From: an uncultured Candidatus Saccharibacteria bacterium
GTDB taxonomy: Bacteria; Patescibacteriota; Minisyncoccia; Phycocordibacterales; WO2-35-19
Assembly: GCA_964440955.1 (NCBI GenBank)
Contig: CAYTTP010000003.1
Span: 1 to 56,332 of the forward strand
DNA length: 56,332 bases
Reading direction: 5' to 3'
Part shown: positions 1 through 9,114 of the stretch, piece by piece
Numbering within the stretch: position 1 is the first letter of the stretch
Layout: every line of letters begins with the position of its first letter
Notes under the pieces: generated by a model
Seen by the model: the letters and a program-made list of their open reading frames with translations, nothing else
The model's database searches: none
What the model was told of the DNA's origin: nothing
Made by a program: the position numbers and the translations under genes

Positions 1-282
1 TAAACTTCTTCTAATTATAGTTCACATGGTGTCTAGAGAAAGGGGTCCACTTCAATTTGTCCCACAACACCTTTGTCGGTAAAACCGTCCAGAAGGAACC
101 GGTCGAGCAATGCAACTCGTTGTATTTCGCTTACTTCAACTTTTATCTCTGTTTCGTACATAGTGCCTCCATTGTTAAATTACATTTATTTTACAAAAAA
201 ACAAGGGCCGACGATAGCTCCCTTACTTTTTCTATCCTTCTCGGGCGCTGTTATTGCAACACGAATAACAGCTAACTGTCAA

Positions 283-357
283 TGGTGACCCTACGGGGAG
301 TCGAACCCCGCTTTTCGCCTTGAAAAGGCGACGTCCTAACCGATAGACGATAGGGCC
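283..357 (-). tRNA. tRNA-Glu(UUC), CCA encoded
   Basis: The reverse complement folds as a cloverleaf: acceptor GGCCCTA/TAGGGTC, anticodon arm TCGCC-TTTTCAA-GGCGA, T arm CGGGG-TTCGACT-CCCCG, then A73-CCA. Confidence 0.9.
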
Positions 358-453
358 TTTAAATAGAAGCTAGAATCTGGAAGCCAGAATCTAGACAGGA
401 AAATAGTAACATTTTTTGCTAAAAACACAAAATTCACTATAATGCCATAATAA

Positions 454-604
454 GCGATATATACGGAAGTGTGGCTGAGTGGATGAAAAGCAAACTGCTT
501 TGCTTTTCATCCGGAGCAAAGCGTAGGTGGCAAATATGAAGCCACTGTTCGCAAAGCGACTTCCGTTTGAGCATCGCGATATATACGGAAGTGTGGCTGA
601 GTGG
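454..604 (+). repeat. 5'-side duplication of tRNA-Ser start with a 93-nt structured insert (variant of the tRNA-associated element)
   Basis: A 29-nt direct repeat GCGATATATACGGAAGTGTGGCTGAGTGG lies at 454-482 and 576-604. The insert 483-575 has a 14-bp hairpin with a CUGC apex. ACTTCCG (559-565) pairs with the duplicated acceptor 5' strand (464-470). Confidence 0.7.
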
Positions 605-673
605 TTGAAGGCACCGGTTTCGAAAACCGGCATGCTCGAAAGGGCATCAGAGGTTCAAATCCTCTCACTTCCG
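587..673 (+). tRNA. tRNA-Ser(CGA), class II, no CCA encoded
   Basis: Acceptor GGAAGTG/CACTTCC, anticodon arm CCGGT-TTCGAAA-ACCGG, long variable arm, T arm AGAGG-TTCAAAT-CCTCT, G73. Confidence 0.9.
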
Positions 674-850
674 CAAAACAAGGAACAAAATGAGTAGCAT
701 TTTGCGACTATGTTTTTGCGAGAAAAGGAGAGATTTGAAGACCTTTTGAGCTAAAATTAATTTTAAGAAAATTTTAGCCAAAAGGTGTACTGAAACTGTA
801 AGTTTCAAATCCTCTCACTTCCGCAAAACAAGGAACAAAATGAGTAGCAT
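654..850 (+). repeat. tRNA-3'-end-associated structured element, type B (tRNA-Ser copy), with 47-nt flanking direct repeats
   Basis: Segment 654-700 equals 804-850 (tRNA 3' 20 nt plus 27 nt of trailer, including the ATG of the next ORF). In the 103-nt insert, 712-739 is antisense to 804-829. The end GGTGTACTGAAACTGTAAGT resembles the tRNA-Leu(CAA) copy. Confidence 0.75.
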
Positions 851-1262
851 GTACCCCAAAACCTCCAAAAAACAAAAAATAAAAAAGATGGATACTCCGG
901 TTGGTCCGAAGGACAGTGCCGAAGTCATTTTCTTTGAAGATGCAAAAATTTTTCGTCTCTGGCTCTCGAAAAATGTCGAAAGAGAGGAGGGGATATGGGT
1001 CAGGTTTTTTAAAAAATCTTCTGGCAAGAAAACACTTACATACAAAGAAGCACTTGATGAAGCACTTTGTTTTGGTTGGATAGATAGTTTGTTGCGACGC
1101 TTTGATGACGAATCGTATATTCAAAAATTCACCCCTCGTCGAAAAAAGAGTATGTGGTCACAAGTAAACAAGGGTAAAGTTGCCGAGCTTATAAAAAAGA
1201 AGCGGATGACCAAGCATGGACTTTTTGAAATAGAGCGAGCAAAAAAAGATGGTCGGTGGTGA
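840..1262 (+). CDS. YdeI/OmpD-associated family protein (tentative)
   Basis: 140-aa ORF. FFEDAKIFRLWL...ALCFGWIDS...FTPRRKKSMWSQVN resembles the YdeI/OmdA family pattern. Confidence 0.55.
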   Translation: MSSMYPKTSKKQKIKKMDTPVGPKDSAEVIFFEDAKIFRLWLSKNVEREEGIWVRFFKKSSGKKTLTYKEALDEALCFGWIDSLLRRFDDESYIQKFTPRRKKSMWSQVNKGKVAELIKKKRMTKHGLFEIERAKKDGRW

Positions 1263-1327
1263 CAAAAAAATTTCTTAAATTGGTAATTTAAGAATGATTT
1301 AGCTTGTGATAATATCAAAAAATAAAG

Positions 1328-1398
1328 GGGCCCATAGTTAAGTGGTATAACGCATCCATGGCATGGATGAGGCCGGAGTCCGATTCTCCGTGGGTCCA
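1328..1398 (+). tRNA. tRNA-Ala(GGC), no CCA encoded
   Basis: Acceptor GGGCCCA/TGGGTCC gives the G3:U70 alanine identity pair. Anticodon arm CATCC-ATGGCAT-GGATG, A73. The T loop TCCGATT is atypical. Confidence 0.8.
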
Positions 1399-1545
1399 CA
1401 AGCGTGAAGAAAATCTAAACTGCTTTAGATTTTTAGCTTGTGGAAGGCGCAGTGATGTTTTTGTTTGAGCGAAGCGAAAGGCAAAAACCACGAGCCGGGG
1501 TCGCGAGATTTTTCTGTCAAGAAAAATACTTGTGACCACAAGCGT
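1396..1545 (+). repeat. tRNA-3'-end-associated structured element, type A (tRNA-Ala copy)
   Basis: Direct repeat CCACAAGCGT at 1396-1405 and 1536-1545. Contains a CUGC-apex hairpin (AAAATCTAAA-CTGC-TTTAGATTTT), a hairpin with a GAGCGAAGCGAAA loop, and the 3' module GGGGTCGCGAG-hairpin-ACTTGTGACC (1497-1537). Confidence 0.75.
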
Positions 1546-1598
1546 AAGAGTGCAAGCGCTTCATTTTGAATTTGGACAAAATATGTTAGAATAGCGGA

Positions 1599-2222
1599 AT
1601 GATAATTTCATACCACGGCGCACAAGCTTGTAAAGTCCAGTTTGGTGATACGACTATCGCTTTTGACCCTATTTCTAAGGAGTCAAAAATAAAGGCGGTA
1701 AGTTTTGGGGCTGACATCACTCTTATTTCCGTGAATCACCCTGATATGAATGGGGTAGAGCAAACAAGCCGTGGCGAAAAGAAAAGTTTTGTCGTTGGTG
1801 GTCCAGGAGAGTATGAAGTGCAGGGAGTTTTTATCAAGGGTTTGCCAAGTACCTCGACTTATGGAGGTGAAGAGATGATAAACACCATCTACACAGTGAG
1901 TTTGGAAAATATGAATATTTGTTTTTTGGGAGCGCTTGGGGATGCTGCTCTAAAAAGGGAAACTCTAGAACAACTCGAACAAATAGATATCCTATTTGTT
2001 CCAATAGGAGGAGAGGGTGTTTTAAATCCGGCCGAAGCTTATAAGCTTGCAGTATCGCTCGAGCCTTCAATCATTATCCCTATAAACTATGACGCGAAGA
2101 CTCTTGCACAATTTTTGAAAGAAGCTGGACAATCGACTGAGACTCTCGACAAACTCACTATTAAGAAAAAGGATTTGGAAGGAAAGGAAGGTGAAGTGGT
2201 AGTGCTTGACTCGTCCCGTTAG
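1599..2222 (+). CDS. MBL-fold metal-dependent hydrolase (UPF0173-like)
   Basis: 207-aa ORF. The N-terminus MIISYHGAQACKVQFGDTTIAFDP and the overall pattern are typical of small beta-lactamase-fold hydrolases. Confidence 0.65.
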   Translation: MIISYHGAQACKVQFGDTTIAFDPISKESKIKAVSFGADITLISVNHPDMNGVEQTSRGEKKSFVVGGPGEYEVQGVFIKGLPSTSTYGGEEMINTIYTVSLENMNICFLGALGDAALKRETLEQLEQIDILFVPIGGEGVLNPAEAYKLAVSLEPSIIIPINYDAKTLAQFLKEAGQSTETLDKLTIKKKDLEGKEGEVVVLDSSR

Positions 2223-2610
2223 AGTTTTTGTTATAATAATTTGCATGATCTTACAAAAGTACAACGCGATAATGACTCGCGAAAAAGAGTATCGCAATAA
2301 GTGGGCACTCGCGCTCACCGCTCTCACTTTTGTTTTGGTGCTTGCCGCCTTTGGTTTTTATAAGGGCTTCCTACCACTTGGTGGAGGTGCCGCCGCGCTC
2401 ACTTCAAGCCAAAAAGCAGCCGAAGAAGAAGCAGAGCGGGAGATGATAGCCAAAAATACTCAAAAAATGCCCTCACCTCTCCAAAATAGTGTTCAAACTA
2501 TCTCGACTGCCGCCTCCGAAATGAAAACTGTTTATGACTCTTTTGTCGGTAGCCTCTCCTCGGTGCTCGTGCCGTTTATTTCGAGTATCGATGTTTATAA
2601 TAAGGAATAG
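2206..2610 (+). CDS. hypothetical membrane-anchored protein
   Basis: ORF with one hydrophobic helix (WALALTALTFVLVLAAFGFY). The true start may be the ATG at 2272. Confidence 0.45.
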   Translation: MTRPVRVFVIIICMILQKYNAIMTREKEYRNKWALALTALTFVLVLAAFGFYKGFLPLGGGAAALTSSQKAAEEEAEREMIAKNTQKMPSPLQNSVQTISTAASEMKTVYDSFVGSLSSVLVPFISSIDVYNKE

Positions 2611-2663
2611 GTTGAAGCCAGGCTCTATTTTTGCTATACTTATAGACACAAATAACCTCATAT

Positions 2664-5129
2664 ATGGCTAAAAAACCGAGCAAAACCGAAGTGGAGGAAG
2701 TGGCACATGTAAGTGTTGTCCCACGTTCGATCGTGACCGAAATGAAAGAGTCGTTTATCGACTACGCGATGTCGGTCATCACTGACCGTGCCTTACCCGA
2801 CGTGCGCGACGGGCTAAAGCCAGTACATCGTCGCATCCTCTATGCAATGAACACTATGGGTCTCACCGCAAACGCCAAAACTCGAAAGTCGGCGACTGTG
2901 GTGGGAGAAGTGCTTGGTAACTATCACCCACACGGCGATCAGGCCGCTTATGACGCGATGGTCAAAATGGCCCAAGATTTTGGCCATCGTTACCCGCTTA
3001 TCGTCGGTCAAGGAAACTTTGGCTCGGTCGACGGCGATAGTCCTGCGGCAATGCGTTATACCGAAGCTAAAATGAGCAAGGTCGCAGGCGAGCTTTTGCG
3101 CGACATCCAAAAGGAAACTGTCGATTGGGTACCAAACTACGACTCAACCAAAAAAGAGCCAAAAGTATTGCCGGCCGCTGTGCCAAATATTTTACTAAAC
3201 GGTACTTTGGGTATTGCCGTTGGTATGGCGACCAATATTCCTCCACACAACTTGCGAGAGGTTATCGACGCAACTTCATACCTTATTGACAACAAAGACG
3301 CGACCACTGAAGACTTACTCCAATTTGTCCAGGGGCCGGACTTCCCACTTGGTGGCATCATTTTCAATAGCAAAGACATTCATCATGCTTATGCGACTGG
3401 TCGCGGCGGCATCGTCGCTCGCGGTGTGGCAGAGATAGTCGAAGACAAAAATATTTCTCAAATTGTTATTACTTCCATTCCGTTTCGCGTCAACAAATCA
3501 GCTCTTATTGAAAAGATCGCTGAGCTCGTGCGTGACAAAAAAATCGACGGCATCAAAGGTTTGCGTGACGAGTCGACCAAGGACATCAGAGTGGTGATTG
3601 ATCTCAAAAATGGCAGCCATCCTCAAAAGGTCTTAAACTTTTTATACAAGCACACTCAACTCGAAGAAACTTTTCACGTCAACTTGGTCGCTTTGGTTGA
3701 CGGCGTACCCCAAACACTCTCGCTTAAAGGTATTCTTGAAGAGTTTGTGAAGCATCGCCAAGTGGTGATCCGTCGCAGGACCGAATTTGACTTGCGTGAA
3801 GCCGAAGCACGCGAGCATATACTGCTTGGTCTCAAAAAGGCACTCGATCATATCGATGAAATAGTGAAGCTCATCAAAAAAAGCAAGGATGTCGATACAG
3901 CGAGAGCAAACCTCATGAAGGAGTTTAAGTTTTCCGAAATTCAGGCAAACGCTATTCTTGAGATGCGTCTCCAAAAGCTTGCTAGCCTTGAGCGTCAAAA
4001 AATAGAGGACGAATTGAAGGCTATCCAAACACTTATCAAAGAGCTTCGCGATATTTTGGCCAATCCAAAAAAGATTTTGACCATCATCAAAAAAGAGCTT
4101 TCCGAAATAAGTGAAAAGTATGGCGATGATCGTCGCACCAAGGTAGTCAAAGGTGGAGTCAAAATATTGACCGTCGAAGATTTGGTGGCTGATGAAGAAA
4201 ACACACTTATCCTCACTGCTGGTGGCTATGTGAAGCGTACTCACCCCGACGAATACAAAAAACAAAAACGCGGTGGGGTCGGCGTAGTTGACCTTGATAC
4301 CAAAGAGGAAGATTTTGTCACCCATTTTCTCACCGCTTCAACTCATTCGGACATACTATTTTTCACTGACCGTGGTAAGGCATACCAACTCAAGATGCAC
4401 GAACTTCCAGAAGGCAAGCGAGCCACTCGTGGCAAATCGATAATGAACTTCCTATCACTCTCTGAAGGTGAGCGAGTGACTTCTATTCTCCAAGTTTCAA
4501 AAGACTCAAAAGCAAATAAAGATTTGTCGCTCATCATGGTGACAGCTGATGGCACTGGCAAAAAAGTCTCGGCGGCAAGCTTCGCGGATGTGCGGGCAAG
4601 TGGTATCATTGCAATCAAACTCGAAACTGGCGATAGATTGGTGTCTGTTTCCCAGGTTTCAAAGAGTGACTCCTGTGTTATCGTCACGGCGCAAGGCCAA
4701 TCGATCCGCTTCAAAGAGTCTGATGTTCGAGAAATGGGTCGTACAGCGATAGGGGTACGGGTCATCAAACTCGACAAGGGCGACCGCGTTGTCGGAGCCC
4801 ACTCACTTTCCAAAGAAAATGAAAAGTCGGCGACCCTCCTTACTATGGGAGCAAATGGTTATGGTAAGCAAACTCCGATTTCTGAATACAAGATCCAGGG
4901 CAGAGGTGGCTCCGGTATCAAAACAAGCAATGTCACGAGCAAAACTGGTGAGATCATTGCTTCCACTATCATCAAGGGTGACGAGGAGGAAGCAGTCGCA
5001 ATGTCCAAAAAGAGCCAAGTCATTCGACTCGCTTTAAACGAAATACCGACTCTCGGTCGTTCGACTCAGGGGGTGCGTATCATGCGTATGCGTGAGGGGG
5101 ACAGTATTGCGTCGTTTATTTGTCTTTAG
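2664..5129 (+). CDS. gyrA: DNA gyrase subunit A
   Basis: 821 aa. Carries the GyrA N-terminal signature ([27 protein letters not shown] active-site Tyr region) and C-terminal beta-pinwheel repeats. Confidence 0.97.
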   Translation: MAKKPSKTEVEEVAHVSVVPRSIVTEMKESFIDYAMSVITDRALPDVRDGLKPVHRRILYAMNTMGLTANAKTRKSATVVGEVLGNYHPHGDQAAYDAMVKMAQDFGHRYPLIVGQGNFGSVDGDSPAAMRYTEAKMSKVAGELLRDIQKETVDWVPNYDSTKKEPKVLPAAVPNILLNGTLGIAVGMATNIPPHNLREVIDATSYLIDNKDATTEDLLQFVQGPDFPLGGIIFNSKDIHHAYATGRGGIVARGVAEIVEDKNISQIVITSIPFRVNKSALIEKIAELVRDKKIDGIKGLRDESTKDIRVVIDLKNGSHPQKVLNFLYKHTQLEETFHVNLVALVDGVPQTLSLKGILEEFVKHRQVVIRRRTEFDLREAEAREHILLGLKKALDHIDEIVKLIKKSKDVDTARANLMKEFKFSEIQANAILEMRLQKLASLERQKIEDELKAIQTLIKELRDILANPKKILTIIKKELSEISEKYGDDRRTKVVKGGVKILTVEDLVADEENTLILTAGGYVKRTHPDEYKKQKRGGVGVVDLDTKEEDFVTHFLTASTHSDILFFTDRGKAYQLKMHELPEGKRATRGKSIMNFLSLSEGERVTSILQVSKDSKANKDLSLIMVTADGTGKKVSAASFADVRASGIIAIKLETGDRLVSVSQVSKSDSCVIVTAQGQSIRFKESDVREMGRTAIGVRVIKLDKGDRVVGAHSLSKENEKSATLLTMGANGYGKQTPISEYKIQGRGGSGIKTSNVTSKTGEIIASTIIKGDEEEAVAMSKKSQVIRLALNEIPTLGRSTQGVRIMRMREGDSIASFICL

Positions 5130-5131
5130 GT

Positions 5132-5166
5132 ATCACCCCCCTCCCCTCTTATAATTAAGAGGGGAG
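5132..5166. repeat. TCACCCC-hairpin intergenic motif, copy 1
   Basis: ATCACCCCCCT followed by the perfect hairpin CCCCTCTTA-TAAT-TAAGAGGGG, directly after the gyrA stop. Confidence 0.55.
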
Positions 5167-5223
5167 CCAAACCATCCCCAGCTTCTGATGCGATTTGTCT
5201 CTATATTTTCTATAATATAAAAC

Positions 5224-6507
5224 ATGACCAAATTTCAGGTTTTTCTTTTTGGGACTTTCCTGGTTTTTATAGTTGTTGGGGTTTTCATATTTTCAAACTA
5301 TAGAGGTGACTCTGAAGGTTCGGTGCCGGTCGTCGTTTGGGGTACTCTACCTACCAACACTTTTCAGTCGGCTGTCCAGGTGTCGGGTTTATATCAAAAC
5401 GAAAGTTACTCGGTGACCTATGTCGAAAAAAGTGAGGACTCTATCGATGCTGATTTTATTGAAGCGCTTGCTTCTGGCAGTGGTCCCGACCTATTTTTGC
5501 TTCCATCAAACAAAATAATCCTCCATCGCAACAAAATTTATGCCTTGCCTTACGACTTAATCACCGAACGTGATTTTAAGGATTATTTTATCGAAGGTAG
5601 TGAAATATACATGACGCCCGAAGGTGTGGTCGGCTTGCCGCTTTTGGTCGACCCGCTTGTCATGTATTGGAATAGGGATATTTTCACCGATGTCGGCCTA
5701 GTCGCCACACCAAAATATTGGGACGAATTTTTTGATCTTGCGGCTAAGATTTCAGTCAAGGATGGAGCTCTCAATGTTTCAAGGAGCGCAGTCGCTTTTG
5801 GCGAGTATGCAAACATTGCAAACGCCAAAGACATAGTGTTAAACCTTGCCCTTCAAGCTGGGACACCTATCACTATTTGGGAAAATGGCAAGGTAAGGAG
5901 TGTCTTTGCGGAGTCTTTGGGCAAGCCGACGGTCCCAGGGGACGCGGCGGTCAATTTTTATACCGAATTTAGCAACCCATCAAAAGCTTCGTACTCGTGG
6001 AATCGCGCCCTCCCCAACTCGACCAATTTTTTTCTAGCTGGTGACTTGGCTCTATATTTTGGCTTTGCAAGTGAAATCGGAACTTTGCAGCTCAAAAATC
6101 CAAACCTCAATTTTGATGTCGCAAGTACTCCTCTTTCGCGTGAAGGCGGGGTCAATGTTTCGCTCGGCAACTATCTTGGAGTGTCTGTGGTTAAAGCTTC
6201 AAAAAATCCAGCAGCTGCTTACGCTGTTGCCTCCATATTGGCTGGTACCGATAGTGTGAAAGCTCTCTCTCAAGCTCTTGATTTGCCACCGGCAAGGCGC
6301 GATTTGCTAAGTGAGAGGCAAGTAAGCGCACATCGTAGTGTGTTTTATACAAGTGCCATCCGCTCACGCAGCTGGCTTGACCCTTCACCCAAGGTTTCAA
6401 ATACTATTTTTAAAGACATGATAGAATCAATCACGAGCGGTCGAGCTCGGGCGGGGGAGGCAGTGACCCGCGTAGAGCGTGAATTAAATGCCTTGTTCAA
6501 CAAATAA
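5224..6507 (+). CDS. extracellular solute-binding-like protein with N-terminal membrane anchor
   Basis: 427 aa with an N-terminal TM helix. PDLFLL, VMYWNRDIF and LALYFGFASE segments resemble family-1 ABC substrate-binding proteins. No permease or ATPase gene is adjacent. Confidence 0.55.
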   Translation: MTKFQVFLFGTFLVFIVVGVFIFSNYRGDSEGSVPVVVWGTLPTNTFQSAVQVSGLYQNESYSVTYVEKSEDSIDADFIEALASGSGPDLFLLPSNKIILHRNKIYALPYDLITERDFKDYFIEGSEIYMTPEGVVGLPLLVDPLVMYWNRDIFTDVGLVATPKYWDEFFDLAAKISVKDGALNVSRSAVAFGEYANIANAKDIVLNLALQAGTPITIWENGKVRSVFAESLGKPTVPGDAAVNFYTEFSNPSKASYSWNRALPNSTNFFLAGDLALYFGFASEIGTLQLKNPNLNFDVASTPLSREGGVNVSLGNYLGVSVVKASKNPAAAYAVASILAGTDSVKALSQALDLPPARRDLLSERQVSAHRSVFYTSAIRSRSWLDPSPKVSNTIFKDMIESITSGRARAGEAVTRVERELNALFNK

Positions 6508-6514
6508 AAAATAA

Positions 6515-6952
6515 ATGAATCGTCAAAATTTTAAAAAAGTTTTCACTATTGTTTTGGTACTTGCTCTTGTGGCGAGCGTCATCCTACCTCTCTTCACTTC
6601 GGCTCAAACCACTGATGATTCTAATCCACTCGTCCCTTGCGGTGGTCCTGGCCAAAAAGCTTGTGGCTATTACGACTTGTTGCGACTTGTGAACAATCTC
6701 ATTGATTGGGTGATCAAAATATCCATCCCTATTTCGGCCGGCATTTTTGCTTGGGCAGGTATTCAATATATGATGACGGGTGTTATGGACAAAAAAGCTC
6801 AAGCCAAAAAAATGCTAATGAATACCTTTTGGGGTTTTGTTTTTATTCTCTCTGCTTGGATTATAGTGTCGCTTGTGATAAATACCTTGCTCAATCCGGA
6901 GTATCGGGCTGATGTTGATGATACAATAAATCTAACCAAACCAACCAACTAA
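6515..6952 (+). CDS. pilin-like small membrane protein (TrbC/VirB2-like, CPR T4SS-pilin type), long form
   Basis: Signal/TM segment, Cys pair (VPCGGPGQKACGY), then a two-helix hairpin with WAGIQYMMTG...AKKML...FILSAWIIV. Confidence 0.6.
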   Translation: MNRQNFKKVFTIVLVLALVASVILPLFTSAQTTDDSNPLVPCGGPGQKACGYYDLLRLVNNLIDWVIKISIPISAGIFAWAGIQYMMTGVMDKKAQAKKMLMNTFWGFVFILSAWIIVSLVINTLLNPEYRADVDDTINLTKPTN

Positions 6953-6954
6953 CC

Positions 6955-7371
6955 ATGAAAACATTTTTTAAAAAATATTTTTTTGTTTCGCTGATTACTT
7001 GTATTCTATCTTTGTCCTTTTTACCAAGCAGTTTATACTCTCAAGATGGTGGCAATCCTGGTGCTGGGGGTGGTAATCCGGGAGGTGGTTCCTCTTACCC
7101 AATCAAAATAGCAAACCCATTTAAACAAAGCAGTATCACCGACCTTATCACTATAATCATCAAAGAAATATTGATGCCAATAGGGGCAGTGATTGCGGTA
7201 CTTATGATCATGTATGCTGGTTTTATGTATGTTACTGCTCAAGGCAATTCAACTAAAATCACCGAAGCCACTAAAGCTCTCAAATATGCCGTCATCGGCT
7301 CAGCCATCCTTATCGGCGCTTGGACTATTTCCGAAGCTATTAGGGCGACTGTCGGTCAATTAAGGGTATAA
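6955..7371 (+). CDS. pilin-like small membrane protein, long form with Gly-rich spacer
   Basis: Signal peptide, GGNPGAGGGNPGGG spacer, then MYAGFMYVTAQGN...ATKALKYAVIGSAILIGAW, as in the preceding paralog. Confidence 0.6.
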   Translation: MKTFFKKYFFVSLITCILSLSFLPSSLYSQDGGNPGAGGGNPGGGSSYPIKIANPFKQSSITDLITIIIKEILMPIGAVIAVLMIMYAGFMYVTAQGNSTKITEATKALKYAVIGSAILIGAWTISEAIRATVGQLRV

Positions 7372-7387
7372 TTAAAACTCTAACAGG

Positions 7388-7669
7388 ATGAAAAACTTAA
7401 CCGAATTTATAACTTTTTTTACCGATATGGGGCTTAGGCTTGTACCACTATTTGCTGTCCTCGCCTTCATGTATTTTGTGTGGGGAGTAGCACGCTTCAT
7501 CAAAGCGGCGGGCAATGAAAAAGAGGTGGGGGACAGCAAAAAGATACTTATTTGGGGTGTTGTCGGCCTACTCGTGCTTACAAGTATTTGGGGTATTATT
7601 TCCTTTCTCAAAGGTGAGCTAAGATTTGGCGACAATGTTGGTATTCCTCAAATAAAATTTGAAAATTAG
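7388..7669 (+). CDS. pilin-like small membrane protein, short form
   Basis: 93 aa with two hydrophobic helices. Shared motif: YFVWGVARFIKAAGNEKE...LIWGVVGLLVLTSIWGII. Confidence 0.6.
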   Translation: MKNLTEFITFFTDMGLRLVPLFAVLAFMYFVWGVARFIKAAGNEKEVGDSKKILIWGVVGLLVLTSIWGIISFLKGELRFGDNVGIPQIKFEN

Positions 7670-7679
7670 ATGAAATAAA

Positions 7680-7949
7680 ATGAATGATTTTATTGATAAA
7701 GGTTATTCGATTATCACCAATACTCTCATCCCGCTTGGGTACTTTGTTTGCCTCTTTTACTTTGCTTGGGGTATTGCAAAGTACATCAAATCGATCGGTG
7801 ACGGCAAGGAGCAGGGCAGGCAAATAATGATTTGGGGAGTAGTTGGCCTTTTTGTAGTTACGAGTATTTGGGGTATTATTGAATTTATAAAGCTCGAAGT
7901 TGGCTTGCCTTTCGATAATTCAGAGCTCGATGCAAAAGTTTATAGGTAA
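7680..7949 (+). CDS. pilin-like small membrane protein, short form
   Basis: 89 aa. Motif: YFAWGIAKYIKSIGDGKEQGRQIMIWGVVGLFVVTSIWGII. Confidence 0.6.
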   Translation: MNDFIDKGYSIITNTLIPLGYFVCLFYFAWGIAKYIKSIGDGKEQGRQIMIWGVVGLFVVTSIWGIIEFIKLEVGLPFDNSELDAKVYR

Positions 7950-7961
7950 AAATATAAAAAC

Positions 7962-8318
7962 ATGAAAAATAATTTTAAAAAAATAATTCCGGTTTCCCTC
8001 TTCCTTTTACCAATTTTAACAAGCGCTCAACTTGATGGGACAGACAAATTTTTTGGGAAAGCAAAGTCAATCGTAAGTGATACTTTGGTACCAGGAGCAT
8101 TTTTTGTAGCCCTCGTGTATTTCTTCTACGGTATCGCCAAATACATCAAGTCTGAAGGTGCCGGCAAAGCCGAAGGCAAAATGATCATGGTGTGGGGAGT
8201 GGTCGCTTTGTTTGTTGCTTCGTCAGTTTGGGGTTTGGTCACTCTTTTACAAAAGGAAATAGGGATAAACAGTAACCCTGGCAGTATGAAAATACCAACT
8301 TTAGAAACATATAGATAA
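7962..8318 (+). CDS. pilin-like small membrane protein, short form with signal peptide
   Basis: 118 aa. Motif: YFFYGIAKYIKSEGAGKAEGKMIMVWGVVALFVASSVWGLV. Confidence 0.6.
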   Translation: MKNNFKKIIPVSLFLLPILTSAQLDGTDKFFGKAKSIVSDTLVPGAFFVALVYFFYGIAKYIKSEGAGKAEGKMIMVWGVVALFVASSVWGLVTLLQKEIGINSNPGSMKIPTLETYR

Positions 8319-8323
8319 TATTT

Positions 8324-8620
8324 ATGCTTACAAACACCGAAACTTTTTTGAATCAAGCTATTACTCTTTTGACCAATAGAGTCATACCTATTGTCTTTAT
8401 CCTCGCTACGCTCTACTTCTTTTGGGGCATTGTCAAATACATCAAGTCGGAAGGTGCTGGCAAAGCTGAAGGAAAAGCCATTATGGTGTGGGGAGTAGTA
8501 GCCCTTTTTGTGATGACTAGCGTATGGGGCATCGTTCGCTTGTTGAGAGTTGATTTGCTTAGTGGGCAGGACACCAACAGTATCCAAATCCCAACCGCCA
8601 CTTACGGTACTACTCGCTAA
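8324..8620 (+). CDS. pilin-like small membrane protein, short form
   Basis: 98 aa. Motif: YFFWGIVKYIKSEGAGKAEGKAIMVWGVVALFVMTSVWGIV, near-identical core to the previous gene. Confidence 0.6.
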   Translation: MLTNTETFLNQAITLLTNRVIPIVFILATLYFFWGIVKYIKSEGAGKAEGKAIMVWGVVALFVMTSVWGIVRLLRVDLLSGQDTNSIQIPTATYGTTR

Positions 8621-8751
8621 CCACTTCCCACCTACTCCCTACTCCCTCTGTGGATTACTTTTTGCTTGCAAAGGCAAAAAATGGTAAAGTAATGGTAAAT
8701 TAAAAATGTTTATTCATTTTAATTATTATTAAAAAGTATTTGCTAAATTAA

Positions 8752-9096
8752 ATGAAAAAAGTATCTATAGCAGTAGCGATGGCTCTTTTGCCACTTTCAA
8801 CCTTTGCCCAACAGCTCGGCAATATCAGCAACTTAGTTGATAGCGCAAGCGGTATAATCAATAAGGTTATACCTATATTGTTTACACTTGCTTTGCTCGG
8901 CTTCTTTTGGGGCTTGGTCAGATTTCTTTTTGGTGGTGCTGAAGACAAGGATCAGGCAAAAAACATTATGATTTGGGGCGTAGTAGCGCTTGCGGTCATG
9001 GCTTCAGTTTGGGGATTGGTCAACTTCCTTGGTTCGGCATTTAACATCAACAAGGATGCCGCTCCTTCTGTAAACCCTCTTATTCCAAAACCTTAG
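8752..9096 (+). CDS. pilin-like small membrane protein, short form with signal peptide
   Basis: 114 aa. Motif: FFWGLVRFLFGGAEDKDQAKNIMIWGVVALAVMASVWGLV. Confidence 0.6.
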   Translation: MKKVSIAVAMALLPLSTFAQQLGNISNLVDSASGIINKVIPILFTLALLGFFWGLVRFLFGGAEDKDQAKNIMIWGVVALAVMASVWGLVNFLGSAFNINKDAAPSVNPLIPKP

Positions 9097-9114
9097 TTGG
9101 TCTTTGGTCTACAA

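Noticed and set aside
33-161. A minus-strand 42-codon ORF, MYETEIKVEVSEIQRVALLDRFLLDGFTDKGVVGQIEVDPFL, with a GGAGG RBS and a CYTH-like EXEXK start.
   Set aside because: It stops after 42 codons and runs toward the window edge. It may be a frameshifted or truncated CYTH gene, but there is too little sequence to support a call.
1399-1537. Interpreting the tRNA-flanking elements as group I or other self-splicing introns within the tRNA T loop.
   Set aside because: Each upstream tRNA is already complete before the element. The elements are only 100-170 nt and lack the group I core strings that are obvious in the tRNA-Asn intron. Introns also do not need a 10-47-nt duplication of exon sequence. 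This remains a formal possibility only.
2814-5037. Multiple antisense or alternative-frame ORFs inside gyrA. Similar sets occur inside clpB, topA, infB, the hydrolase gene, relA and the Clp paralog.
   Set aside because: They lie entirely within strongly supported long genes. This is typical shadow-ORF behaviour.
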